64,000 nucleotides of DNA from contig JACQQA010000004.1 in the NCBI GenBank assembly GCA_016207245.1, positions 19,058 through 83,057 on the forward strand, given 5' to 3'. This DNA comes from Candidatus Magasanikiibacteriota bacterium. GTDB taxonomy: Bacteria > Patescibacteriota > Patescibacteriia > Magasanikbacterales > UBA922. Of the stretch, positions 51,160 to 58,979 are shown piece by piece. Position 1 is the first letter of the stretch, and each line of letters starts with the position of its first letter. Under the pieces are notes generated by a model. It worked only from the letters and a program-made list of their open reading frames with translations. It did not search any database and was not told the DNA's origin. Made by a program: the position numbers and the translations under genes.

Positions 51160-53076
51160 ATGGTTAACAAAAAAAAACCCACCGAACCTCAGTTTACCAA
51201 AATTGATTTAGAGCCGGCAGCTGAATTGCCAAAGGTTCAGCGAAAAAGAGTTGTTGTTAAATCAGAAAAAGAGCCGGCGCCGGTTTTGGCTAAAAAAGAA
51301 GAAAAAAAAATCAATCGCGAATTGCGCGAGATATATGAAAATGATGATGGGAGCATGCCCGATATGTCGGATTTCAAGACAAAAAAACGCGGACGTTTTT
51401 CCGCTTTTATCACTCTGCTAATCGCCTGCGTATTTTTAGCCGCGGTGGCTTGGCTGGGATTTTTTGTATTTCAACCGTCTTCAGGGTTTAAAGAGAAAGA
51501 TGTTGTTTTGTCGGTCGCCGGCGAAGAAATGATTACTTACGGGCAGGAAATAAATTACCGTATCCGCTATCGCAACAATCAAAGCGCGTCTTTGTCTAAA
51601 GTTGTTTTGCAAGTCCGCTATCCGGAGGGTTTTGTTTTTACAGACAGTAGCCGCGCGCCGTCCAATGAAAAAAAAGATGAATGGGATTTGGGGACGCTTA
51701 ATAAACAAGACAGCGGGTATATAGACATAAGAGGGAAATTATATGGCAGTTTGGGAGGCAAACAATCACTGCGCGCGTTTTTGAATTACACGCCGGCGAA
51801 TTTCAGCTCGGAATTTCAGGCCGTGGCTGCGTTTAACACCGAAGTAAAAGAAGCGCCGTTAGCTATGACGGTTTCCGGTCCGACTGAGGCCGGCGCAGGG
51901 TCGGAAGTAGAATTTAAAATTGAACTGGAAAAAAATATTGAAACCGATTTGCCGGATTTGTTTTTGGCGATAGAGCCGTCCGGCGGCTTCAATAAAACTA
52001 CCAGCACATTGAGCAGTATGCCGGACGATCAGTACCGCTGGGATTTATCCGGTTGGCAAGAGGGGCAGATCTTAGTTCGCGGAAAATTTAATCCGGCGGT
52101 CGGCGAAGAAACCGCGGAAATGTTATTTAAACTTTTAGGCGAGAAACCCGGCTCAAACGCAGCCGAGCCATACGTGGTTTATGAGACCAAAGCGCTGGTG
52201 AAAATGTTGAAAACCGATTTGTCGGCCAGTTTGGCAATCAACGGCGCGATGGATAGTTTGTCGGTTCAGCCCGGAGAAAATTTGAACACCAGTTTAATAA
52301 TAAAAAATGGCGGACAATCAGCGATCAAAAATCTGCGAGTAAAACTTGTTTACGAAACCCCGTCTTTTGACGGCAAGAGTTTGTTAGATTGGAAAAAGAT
52401 AGACGACGCACATGACGGCGCGATCACCGGAGAGCAGATTAATGATCAGACACGGCGCGGAGCAATCACTTGGACTGATAAACAACTGCCGAGTCTGAAA
52501 CAACTTGACGCCGGCAAGGAAGTTTTGTTGGATTTGAAGATTCCGCTTAAAGACGCGGCGGATTTAGACCTGACCAAGTTTGTCGGATATTCAATCACGG
52601 CAATGATTGAAGTGAAGTATCAAGACGGGGTGGAAGCTAAAACTATTTCCGGGAATAAAATAAATTTGACGGTTAATTCGGATTTGCGGCTTACGGTTTC
52701 CGATAAAGTGATTGAAGACGCGCAAGGAGTGAAAGGCCAAGAAATGCATTCAGTCAGCTGGGTATTGAATAATACTTTTCACGACTTAAAAAACATTGAA
52801 TTGCGTGCGGATATTTACAACATTGACTGGTTGCCGGAAACGGCGCAAGTCGTGCCAGCCGGCAAGTTTGAGTGGGACAAGGGGAACACGGAAGTGGTTT
52901 GGAAAATAGAAACTATGCCGACCAGCGTTGATGTTTTGGCTCTACAATTCGGTTTGGTTTTGAAAAACAAAAATCCATCGCAGACAAACCTAACTTCCAA
53001 AGTAAAAATAACAGCCGAAGACACTGTCACCGGCCAGCAGATAATTTTGTCGGGAGATGAAGTGTTGTTGAATTAG
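51160..53076 (+). CDS. Hypothetical membrane-anchored extracytoplasmic repeat protein
   Basis: Lys-rich N-terminus, one TM (FSAFITLLIACVFLAAVAWLGFFVF), then a long beta-rich region. Downstream partner of the DUF4012 gene. Confidence 0.75.
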   Translation: MVNKKKPTEPQFTKIDLEPAAELPKVQRKRVVVKSEKEPAPVLAKKEEKKINRELREIYENDDGSMPDMSDFKTKKRGRFSAFITLLIACVFLAAVAWLGFFVFQPSSGFKEKDVVLSVAGEEMITYGQEINYRIRYRNNQSASLSKVVLQVRYPEGFVFTDSSRAPSNEKKDEWDLGTLNKQDSGYIDIRGKLYGSLGGKQSLRAFLNYTPANFSSEFQAVAAFNTEVKEAPLAMTVSGPTEAGAGSEVEFKIELEKNIETDLPDLFLAIEPSGGFNKTTSTLSSMPDDQYRWDLSGWQEGQILVRGKFNPAVGEETAEMLFKLLGEKPGSNAAEPYVVYETKALVKMLKTDLSASLAINGAMDSLSVQPGENLNTSLIIKNGGQSAIKNLRVKLVYETPSFDGKSLLDWKKIDDAHDGAITGEQINDQTRRGAITWTDKQLPSLKQLDAGKEVLLDLKIPLKDAADLDLTKFVGYSITAMIEVKYQDGVEAKTISGNKINLTVNSDLRLTVSDKVIEDAQGVKGQEMHSVSWVLNNTFHDLKNIELRADIYNIDWLPETAQVVPAGKFEWDKGNTEVVWKIETMPTSVDVLALQFGLVLKNKNPSQTNLTSKVKITAEDTVTGQQIILSGDEVLLN

Positions 53077-53133
53077 TGCCCTCGGCAGGAGTCGAAACCA
53101 CATCACCAGGTTCGACCCGCCTGCCACAGCCCG

Positions 53134-53205
53134 TGCTCCCGAAGGGAATCGAACCCCTATCTTCAGGTTCGAAGCCTGATATTCTATCCGTTGAACTACG
53201 GGAGC
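53134..53205 (-). tRNA. tRNA-Arg (anticodon TCG)
   Basis: Reverse complement GCTCCCG-TA-GTTC..GAAT-A-TCAGG-CTTCGAA-CCTGA-AGAT-AGGGG-TTCGATT-CCCTT-CGGGAGC-A. No encoded CCA. Confidence 0.9.
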
Positions 53206-53215
53206 TCACCATCAG

Positions 53216-53289
53216 TGCGCCGCCTGGGAATCGAACCCAGAACCTTGGGCTTAAGAGGCCCCTGCTCTAACCAATTGAGCTAGCAGCGC
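53216..53289 (-). tRNA. tRNA-Lys (anticodon CTT)
   Basis: Reverse complement GCGCTGC-TA-GCTC..GAGC-A-GGGGC-CTCTTAA-GCCCA-AGGTT-CTGGG-TTCGATT-CCCAG-GCGGCGC-A. Confidence 0.9.
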
Positions 53290-53297
53290 CTGTATCC

Positions 53298-53375
53298 GTC
53301 ATTGCGAGCCTTCGCAACTTTTTCGCGATTGTTGGATTGCTTCGTCCCCCGCCATGGCGGGGTCCTCGCAATGAC
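53298..53375. repeat. Inverted-repeat element GTCATTGCGAG...CTCGCAATGAC with internal palindrome CCCCCGCCATGGCGGGG
   Basis: 11-bp perfect arms at 53298-53308 and 53365-53375, between the rnc stop and tRNA-Lys. Confidence 0.8.
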
Positions 53376-53380
53376 AGCTG

Positions 53381-54151
53381 TCATCCTAAATAATCTACCC
53401 CACCCTCTTGTTTAAAAATTTCAATTTTCGGACCTTTCCAGCCTTTTGCTTTTAGTCCTTCCTCGGCGGCGGAGACTTGCGCTTCTTGTTTGCTGGTGCC
53501 TTTGCCTTCGGCGATTTTTTCTTTATCAAGATAAACGCCGACGACAAATTCTTTAGCATGGTCAGGCCCTTCTTCGCCCAAGACCCGATAGGTTGGCGTA
53601 ATACCGACGATTTCCTGGGCGGATTCTTGAAAACGCGATTTCGGATCCATCCATAAACCCTCTTCCAGCACTTGCGGCAGTTTGGTGATAATCCAACGAG
53701 TAATAAATTGCTCCGCGACATCCCAGCCTTGGTCAATGTAAATCGCGCCGATAAGGGATTCCATTACATTGGCAAGAATGTATTCGCGCGCTTTTGTGCC
53801 GGCGTCTTTGGATTCGCCGTGGCTTAAAAACAGATATTCTTCAAGCCCGATTTCATTCGCCACTTGCGCGCACATTTTGGCGTTAACCAGGGCCGCGCGC
53901 CAGTTAGTCAGCTCGCCTTCCGGATTCAGATAGTTTTCAAAAAGAAATTCGGTTACCACCAGCTCCAGCACCGCATCGCCTAAAAATTCTAATCGCTCAT
54001 TATGTCCGAGCGGGAAAGCGCGGTTTTCATTAAGATAAGAACGATGAACCAGTGCTTGCACGAGATAATTCGGCTGCTTGAATTTAATGCCGATTTTTTC
54101 TTCCAGCTCGTTAAACTTTTTTGTTTTGTATTCTTCCATTGTCGGTTTCAT
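53381..54151 (-). CDS. rnc: Ribonuclease III
   Basis: [16 protein letters not shown] signature plus a C-terminal dsRBD. Confidence 0.9.
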   Translation of the reverse strand: MKPTMEEYKTKKFNELEEKIGIKFKQPNYLVQALVHRSYLNENRAFPLGHNERLEFLGDAVLELVVTEFLFENYLNPEGELTNWRAALVNAKMCAQVANEIGLEEYLFLSHGESKDAGTKAREYILANVMESLIGAIYIDQGWDVAEQFITRWIITKLPQVLEEGLWMDPKSRFQESAQEIVGITPTYRVLGEEGPDHAKEFVVGVYLDKEKIAEGKGTSKQEAQVSAAEEGLKAKGWKGPKIEIFKQEGGVDYLG

Positions 54152-54576
54152 ATTTTTGTTTTTATCAAATCATTATAAATCGCGCCTAAGACGCCATTGA
54201 CGAATTTACCGGATGACGGACCGCCATAATTTTTGGCGATTTCAATCGCTTCGTTAATCGCGACTTTTGGCGGGATTTCTTTATTGAACCTCATTTCATA
54301 AATGCCGATGCGCAGAATATTTTTGTCAACTAAAGAGAGTTGTTCCACCGGCCAATTGGTGGCATATTCGGCGATTGTCTTATCCACCTCCTGCAGATGA
54401 GTAATCACGCCATCAACAGTTTCTTTCACAAAATCCTTATCCGCTTCCAATCCGGCGCCGAATTCAACAAGATTTTGCGCGATTATTGCCGGCAAACCAT
54501 CTTTCTGGCAACCGCGAAAATCCCACTGGTAAAGTGATTGCATGGCAATGGAACGGGCGAGATGGCGGGACGGCAT
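54148..54576 (-). CDS. nusB: Transcription antitermination factor NusB
   Basis: [30 protein letters not shown]. 4-nt overlap with rnc. Confidence 0.85.
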   Translation of the reverse strand: MPSRHLARSIAMQSLYQWDFRGCQKDGLPAIIAQNLVEFGAGLEADKDFVKETVDGVITHLQEVDKTIAEYATNWPVEQLSLVDKNILRIGIYEMRFNKEIPPKVAINEAIEIAKNYGGPSSGKFVNGVLGAIYNDLIKTKI

Positions 54577-54588
54577 AAATCGATGCTA

Positions 54589-54810
54589 TTATTTGCCGAT
54601 CATTTTTTTCCGTTTGGCTGAACGAACAGCGCGTTTTTGTTTGTCAACCGCTTTTTTCCCCTTGTAGTAACCGCATTTAGAGCAGGCGCGATGGGGGAGA
54701 GTCATAGCGTTGCATTCACTGCATTTTGTTACACCGACGGCTTTAAACGCGAAATGAGAGGCGCGGTCTTTTTTTGAACGAGATGTGCGTCGTTTTGATG
54801 GGACACCCAT
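54589..54810 (-). CDS. rpmF: 50S ribosomal protein L32
   Basis: MGVPSKRRTSRSKKDRASH...CSECNAMTLPHRACSKCGYYKGK. Confidence 0.9.
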   Translation of the reverse strand: MGVPSKRRTSRSKKDRASHFAFKAVGVTKCSECNAMTLPHRACSKCGYYKGKKAVDKQKRAVRSAKRKKMIGK

Positions 54811-54921
54811 ATGTTAAATTTAGTGAGTTAAACTGGCTCTAATTATAGTATAGTTTGGCTAATAAATCAAGAGGGTGCCGTTTAGGTTGCCAAAACAGCT
54901 CAATTTCGCTAAAATATCCAC

Positions 54922-56040
54922 ATGGAAATCAAAATCTGCCAAAACAAGCAAGAATGGGATAGTTGGGTGTCAACCCTTCGACTCACTCCGTTCGCTCAGG
55001 GCAAGCCGGCGGAGTTTTTGCAGTCTTGGGATTGGGGCGAGTTTCAAAAAAATGTCGGCAATGATGTGTTGCGTTTGCAGGTTGTTGATGGCGGACAGGT
55101 TTTATGGCAAGGACAGGGATTTACGCACAGATTGGGATTGGGGATGAAGTATTTGTATGCACCCAGAATGCAGAATGCAGATAACAGAATGCAAAGTGTG
55201 TGTGATTTTTTGAGAGGCAAAGGATTTGCGTTTGTCAGAATTGAGCCGGACGAGGAATTAGGAATTATGAATTATGCCATGCCTGCCGGCAGGCAGGAAT
55301 TAAGGACAACGAAAAATCGACAGCCGCAGAACACTCTTGTTTTAAATATAAGCAAAACAGAAGAAGAATTCCTTGCCGCGATGCACGAGAAGACTCGTTA
55401 TAACATTCGTCTGGCAGAAAAAAAGGGCGTAGTGATTAAATCAGAAAAAAATATTGATGTTTTTTGGCAGTTGAATTTGGCCACGACAGAGCGGGATAAA
55501 TTCCGAAGCCATCCGAAAGAATATTATAGAAAAATGCTGGAAAATAATTTTTGCCGCCAGCTTACCGCGTATTACCCCTTCGACTCACTTCGCTCGCTCA
55601 GGGCAGGCTCTTTCGACTCCGCTCCCCTCGGCCTGAGCTCGGGACGAAGGCAGGGCAAACCGATAGCGGCGATTTTGTTGGCAGCGTTCGGCGACACAAT
55701 TACATATCTGCATGGTGTGTCCGGAAATGAGCATCGTAATTTGATGTCGCCGTATCTTTTGCAGTGGGAAGGAATTAAATTAGGAAAGAAGCTGGGCTGT
55801 CAGTATTATGATTTTGGCGGTATCGCGCCGGACGCGAAACTCAGCGCAACAACGAGTTTTAATAATTTTTGCTGGCCAGCCGACCATCCGTGGACAGGCA
55901 TTACTAGATTTAAAGCCGGCTTTGGCGGGGAGCGGCGGGATTATCCGGGAGCGGTGGATGTGGTATTGAGCGGGTGGAGATATGTGTTGTATAAGATTGC
56001 GGCAAGGTTGGTCAAGTCCATAAAGTCTTTAAAGTTGTGA
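54922..56040 (+). CDS. FemAB-family aminoacyl-tRNA-dependent peptidoglycan peptide-bridge transferase with at least five in-frame repeat inserts
   Basis: FLQSWDWGEFQKNVG, KTRYNIRLAEKKGV, YYDFGGI, GITRFKAGFGG. Confidence 0.8.
   Translation: MEIKICQNKQEWDSWVSTLRLTPFAQGKPAEFLQSWDWGEFQKNVGNDVLRLQVVDGGQVLWQGQGFTHRLGLGMKYLYAPRMQNADNRMQSVCDFLRGKGFAFVRIEPDEELGIMNYAMPAGRQELRTTKNRQPQNTLVLNISKTEEEFLAAMHEKTRYNIRLAEKKGVVIKSEKNIDVFWQLNLATTERDKFRSHPKEYYRKMLENNFCRQLTAYYPFDSLRSLRAGSFDSAPLGLSSGRRQGKPIAAILLAAFGDTITYLHGVSGNEHRNLMSPYLLQWEGIKLGKKLGCQYYDFGGIAPDAKLSATTSFNNFCWPADHPWTGITRFKAGFGGERRDYPGAVDVVLSGWRYVLYKIAARLVKSIKSLKL
54974..55005. repeat. H-family half element in frame in fem
   Basis: CCCTTCGACTCACTCCGTTCGCTCAGGGCAAG encodes LRLTPFAQGK. 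Confidence 0.8.
55164..55193. repeat. Q-family element (CAGAATGCAGAATGCAGATAACAGAATGCA) in frame in fem
   Basis: Encodes RMQNADNRMQ. This is the uninterrupted reference copy for 62935-62980. Confidence 0.85.
55255..55305. repeat. E-family heptamer array interrupted by a 21-nt P20 palindrome block (55277-55297)
   Basis: GAATTAGG AATTATG AATTATG [CCATGCCTGCCGGCAGGCAGG] AATTAAG; compare the uninterrupted 10023-10053. Confidence 0.85.
55575..55658. repeat. Complete H-family hairpin in frame in fem
   Basis: CCTTCGACTCACTTCGCTCGCTCAGGGCAGG ... CCTGAGCTCGGGACGAAGG encodes PFDSLRSLRAGSFDSAPLGLSSGRRQGK. Confidence 0.8.
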
Positions 56041-56067
56041 TTGAATTACTAAATTGTTAAATTGTTT
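56011..56067. repeat. AAAGTC-type array forming the fem C-terminus, then a TAAATTG-type array after the stop
   Basis: GTCAAGTCCATAAAGTCTTTAAAGTTG (KSIKSLKL-stop) followed by TTGAATTACTAAATTGTTAAATTGTT. Confidence 0.75.
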
Positions 56068-56070
56068 TTC

Positions 56071-56133
56071 GCCTGCTTGCCGGCAGGCAGGCATTTCGTA
56101 TGTGTCCTGTTATCTGCGTCCTGCATCCTGTCG
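56071..56133. repeat. P20 palindrome (GCCTGCTTGCCGGCAGGCAGGC) next to a reverse Q-family element
   Basis: The palindrome is followed by GTCCTGTTATCTGCGTCCTGCATCCTG. Confidence 0.8.
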
Positions 56134-56139
56134 TTGCGC

Positions 56140-56168
56140 TTGACTTATTTTTGGTTCTGAGTTATCAT
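56140..56168 (+). promoter_or_regulatory. Candidate rpsP promoter
   Basis: TTGACT (56140-56145), 17-nt spacer, TATCAT (56163-56168). Confidence 0.5.
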
Positions 56169-56218
56169 ATATCCGCTCTCGATATACCGTCTCGGTAATT
56201 AAATTTGATTTTTAAACT

Positions 56219-56551
56219 ATGTTGATGTTACGTTTACAGCGGATTGGCAAGGCCAAACAGCCGACTTATCGTTTAATCGTGTCGGAAAAAGCGCGCGATA
56301 CGCAGGCCGGCAGTCTGGAAATTCTCGGCAACTATAATCCGGTGAATAAGGAAAAAAAGTTAGAATTGAAAATTGACAGAGTCAAATATTGGCTGTCAGT
56401 CGGCGCTCAGCCGTCCAATACTGTACATAACCTGCTGTTAAAAAATGGCGTTATTGCCGAGGGTAAAAAGAAACGCTCGGTGTTTCTTTCCCAAGCGCGC
56501 AAGAAAAAGATAGAAGAAATAAAGAAGAAAAGTGAAGCGCCAAAGACATAA
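56219..56551 (+). CDS. rpsP: 30S ribosomal protein S16
   Basis: MLRLQRIGKAKQPTYRLIVSE. Alternative start at ATG 56225. Confidence 0.9.
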   Translation: MLMLRLQRIGKAKQPTYRLIVSEKARDTQAGSLEILGNYNPVNKEKKLELKIDRVKYWLSVGAQPSNTVHNLLLKNGVIAEGKKKRSVFLSQARKKKIEEIKKKSEAPKT

Positions 56552-56556
56552 ACATG

Positions 56557-56585
56557 ACCCCGTTCCAATAAGGAGCGGGGTTTTT
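56557..56585 (+). terminator. Intrinsic terminator after rpsP
   Basis: CCCCGTTCC-AATAA-GGAGCGGGG followed by TTTTT. Confidence 0.75.
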
Positions 56586-56593
56586 AGAAAGTA

Positions 56594-56622
56594 TTGACAG
56601 CAAAATAGCGGTTTGTTATAAT
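56594..56622 (+). promoter_or_regulatory. Promoter of the KH-protein gene
   Basis: TTGACA (56594-56599), 17-nt spacer, TATAAT (56617-56622). Confidence 0.6.
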
Positions 56623-56693
56623 GATAAAGCTTCTGAAACTGGGTTAGTCGACGCAGTTTGGAAGATGTACATTTAATTTAATCTTTGGAGAAT

Positions 56694-57023
56694 ATGAACC
56701 AAGATCAAGCTTTTCTCGAGTTTGTCGTGAAGGGGATTGTCGGCAAGCCGGAGGCCGTGAAAGTGGCCCGCGGTGTTGACGAACGGGGCGTTTTACTCAC
56801 TTTGGACGTTGACGTGAGCGATATCGGTTATGTCATCGGCCGCCAGGGCCAGACCGCCCACGCTATTCGCACTTTGTTGCGCATCGTCGGCGCGAAGAAC
56901 AATGCGCGCGTTAATCTAAAAATCAACGAGCCGGTCGGAGGCAAACACTCAAGACCAATGATGGCGCCAACAGCCGCGTCAGATGTGGTTGACACCAGCG
57001 CGGTTGATGACTTGAATATATAA
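56694..57023 (+). CDS. KH-domain RNA-binding protein (YlqC/UPF0109-like) with C-terminal extension
   Basis: IGYVIGRQGQTAHAIRTLL (GXXG loop). The ORF track starts at TTG 56685; ATG 56694 is preferred. Confidence 0.8.
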   Translation: MNQDQAFLEFVVKGIVGKPEAVKVARGVDERGVLLTLDVDVSDIGYVIGRQGQTAHAIRTLLRIVGAKNNARVNLKINEPVGGKHSRPMMAPTAASDVVDTSAVDDLNI

Positions 57024-57039
57024 ATTTTGAAGTCTAAAA

Positions 57040-57070
57040 ATCCTCCCGTTAATCGGGAGGATTTTTTTTG
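57040..57070 (+). terminator. Intrinsic terminator after the KH gene
   Basis: ATCCTCCCG-TTAA-TCGGGAGGAT followed by T8. Confidence 0.8.
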
Positions 57071-57121
57071 TCCAGCACCTTCCTGCTGGGTTTAATACCC
57101 CGCAAGAAGGTGCCGGATTTA

Positions 57122-57150
57122 TTGACGTAATTAACTTTTTGCTTCATAAT
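57122..57150 (+). promoter_or_regulatory. Candidate tRNA-Pro promoter
   Basis: TTGACG (57122-57127), 17-nt spacer, CATAAT (57145-57150). Confidence 0.55.
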
Positions 57151-57168
57151 ATCTTTGAATTTAAATAT

Positions 57169-57241
57169 CGGGCTATAGCGCAGTTGGTAGCGCGCTTGCA
57201 TGGGGTGCAAGAGGCCGTGAGTTCAAATCTCACTAGCCCGA
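57169..57241 (+). tRNA. tRNA-Pro (anticodon GGG)
   Basis: CGGGCTA-TA-GCGC..GCGC-G-CTTGC-ATGGGGT-GCAAG-AGGCC-GTGAG-TTCAAAT-CTCAC-TAGCCCG-A. G37 is present. Confidence 0.9.
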
Positions 57242-57246
57242 CAAAT

Positions 57247-57271
57247 AAAAAACCGCCACATCGCGGTTTTC
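57247..57271. terminator. Bidirectional terminator shared by tRNA-Pro (+) and rpmB (-)
   Basis: A-run, AACCGC-CACATC-GCGGTT, T-run. Confidence 0.7.
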
Positions 57272-57293
57272 TTCTCAACTTTTGGCGGTGTAT

Positions 57294-57458
57294 TTATCTC
57301 GCCTTCTTGCTCGCGGTGCGGACGCAACGGGTGCAGGTCAAAACCCCGCCGGAAAGCTGAAGATTCGGTTTTTGCCGGCGCAAGGTTTTATTGTTGGCGT
57401 GACTGCGGTTGGCGGCGCGCTTTGAACCTTTGCCGCAAACAGTGCATTTTCTGGACAT
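57294..57458 (-). CDS. rpmB: 50S ribosomal protein L28 (54 aa; below the ORF-track length cut-off)
   Basis: Manual translation of the reverse strand: MSRKCTVCGKGSKRAANRSHANNKTLRRQKPNLQLSGGVLTCTRCVRTASKKAR-stop. Promoter TTGACA-17-TACAAT on the minus strand at 57531-57503. Confidence 0.85.
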   Translation of the reverse strand: MSRKCTVCGKGSKRAANRSHANNKTLRRQKPNLQLSGGVLTCTRCVRTASKKAR

Positions 57459-57568
57459 AGGAATATTTTTAAAAGTATGGTAAGATTGATTAAAGTGCAG
57501 ATATTGTATATGAGTAAAGATGTTTTGTCAAATCAAAGAGTATTAGTATATTGGTATATTTAATTTTT

Positions 57569-58186
57569 ATGGAATTCATCCAACTTATTTTCTTCCTCGT
57601 CATCATTATCCCTTCCTCCATCATCCATGAATATTCTCATGGCTGGATGGCGGATAGGCTGGGGGATCCGACCGCGCGATACGCGGGCCGGCTGACTTTG
57701 AATCCAATGGCTCATGTTGATACGTGGGGGACAATTTTGATGCCGCTGTTTTTATTTTTTATCACCGGCGGCCGGTTTTTGTTCGCTTACGCCAAGCCGG
57801 TGCCGTTCAATCCATATAATTTGCGTAATCAAAAGTGGGGACCGGCAATGGTGGCTGTCGCCGGTCCGCTTTCAAACTTATCTTTGGCTTTCGTTTTCGG
57901 TTTACTGATAAGATATTTGCCAATCAGTCCGTTAACGATTTTTTTGACCGTAATCGTGTATGCCAATGTGCTTTTGGCAGTTTTTAATTTAGTGCCGATT
58001 CCGCCTTTGGACGGTTCAAAATTGCTTTACGCGATTTTGCCGGATTCAATGTTCAAAGTCAGAGAAGTTTTGGAACGTTATGGTTTTATTATTTTATTAG
58101 CTTTTATTATCGGCGGGTTTCAGTGGCTGATGCCAATGATTGTTTATCTAACAGGACTGTTTACGGGGGGAACGGGATTGTTTTGA
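57569..58186 (+). CDS. Site-2 protease family (peptidase M50) membrane metalloprotease
   Basis: HEYSHG (HExxH) and NLVPIPPLDGSKLL. Multi-TM. Alternative TTG start at 57551. Confidence 0.8.
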   Translation: MEFIQLIFFLVIIIPSSIIHEYSHGWMADRLGDPTARYAGRLTLNPMAHVDTWGTILMPLFLFFITGGRFLFAYAKPVPFNPYNLRNQKWGPAMVAVAGPLSNLSLAFVFGLLIRYLPISPLTIFLTVIVYANVLLAVFNLVPIPPLDGSKLLYAILPDSMFKVREVLERYGFIILLAFIIGGFQWLMPMIVYLTGLFTGGTGLF

Positions 58187-58199
58187 GGCGGATTTTAGC

Positions 58200-58228
58200 T
58201 TGACAGGTTTGATAATAGTTGATATGCT
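58200..58228 (+). promoter_or_regulatory. Candidate hicBA promoter
   Basis: TTGACA (58200-58205), 17-nt spacer, TATGCT (58223-58228). Confidence 0.5.
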
Positions 58229-58243
58229 AAAATCAGTAAAGAT

Positions 58244-58462
58244 ATGACATTGAAATTAACCACAACTTATCATTTGGAAGGCAAGTTTTATGTCGCGTAT
58301 TGCGCGGAATTAGGTGTAACTTCACAAGGCGAAACACTTGAAGAGGCGGAAAAGAATTTGCGCGAAGCGATTGAATTATATTTGGAAGACGCCCCAGCGG
58401 AGAATTTGGCAAGATACACTGAACATCCGCTAATAAGGACGCTGGATTTGAATTTGGCGTAG
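58244..58462 (+). CDS. hicB: HicB-like antitoxin (UPF0150 fold, no obvious DNA-binding tail)
   Basis: GKFYVAYCAELGVTSQGETLEEAEKNLREAIELYLED. Confidence 0.75.
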   Translation: MTLKLTTTYHLEGKFYVAYCAELGVTSQGETLEEAEKNLREAIELYLEDAPAENLARYTEHPLIRTLDLNLA

Positions 58463-58463
58463 T

Positions 58464-58697
58464 ATGGTGGGAAGATATAATAATTTTTCAGGCCACGAAG
58501 TTATTAAAATTTTACAGAAGCAGTTTAGCTTCGTTTTTGTTTCACAGAAGGGTAGCCATATAAAATTAAGGAAAATTGATGGTGAGAAAGTAATTACAGT
58601 AATCATTCCCGCCCACAGAGAATTGGCAGAGGGGACATTGTATAATATTTTACGTCAAGCAGAAGTTAAACCGGAAAGTTTTTTGAAGTTTAGATAG
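58464..58697 (+). CDS. hicA: HicA-like mRNA interferase toxin
   Basis: GHEVIKILQKQFSFVFVSQKGSHIKLRK...IPAHRELAEGTLYNILRQAEV. The start is 2 nt after the hicB stop. Confidence 0.8.
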   Translation: MVGRYNNFSGHEVIKILQKQFSFVFVSQKGSHIKLRKIDGEKVITVIIPAHRELAEGTLYNILRQAEVKPESFLKFR

Positions 58698-58710
58698 TGC
58701 GTGATGGTGC

Positions 58711-58739
58711 TTGACAACTTTTCTCCAATAATATACAAT
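58711..58739 (+). promoter_or_regulatory. str-operon promoter
   Basis: TTGACA (58711-58716), 17-nt spacer, TACAAT (58734-58739). An approximately 235-nt leader follows. Confidence 0.6.
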
Positions 58740-58934
58740 ATCGCCAGCTTAAAAATCGCGTAAGTATCCCGACCTAGTTGGGAGAAGTCAATCGGTGAAA
58801 AACCGGTTTATACGCATTGAGAAACAAAATTTTCTTAATGTTGTGTAAAAGGCTTTTATGGCCGTTTTTTTATCACCCATCATCTATAATTTATTTTTTT
58901 AATTTAAAAAGAGCGTTCAGGCAGAGAAAAGGGA

Positions 58935-58968
58935 TTCCTCGACTCACTTCGTTCGCTCGGAATGACAG
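58935..58968. repeat. H-family element in the rpsL 5' leader
   Basis: TTCCTCGACTCACTTCGTTCGCTCGGAATGACAG ends 12 nt before the rpsL ATG. Confidence 0.75.
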
Positions 58969-58979
58969 ACCGAAAAAAT

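Noticed and set aside
53077-53133. Possible third tRNA next to tRNA-Arg
   Set aside because: The sequence contains TTCGA-like motifs, but no acceptor stem or cloverleaf can be drawn on either strand. It folds instead as one long hairpin, GGCAGG-A-GTCGAA [14-nt loop] TTCGAC-CCG-CCTGCC (53084-53125), without a U-tract. It may be a terminator or processing hairpin between the convergent 51160 gene and the tRNAs.
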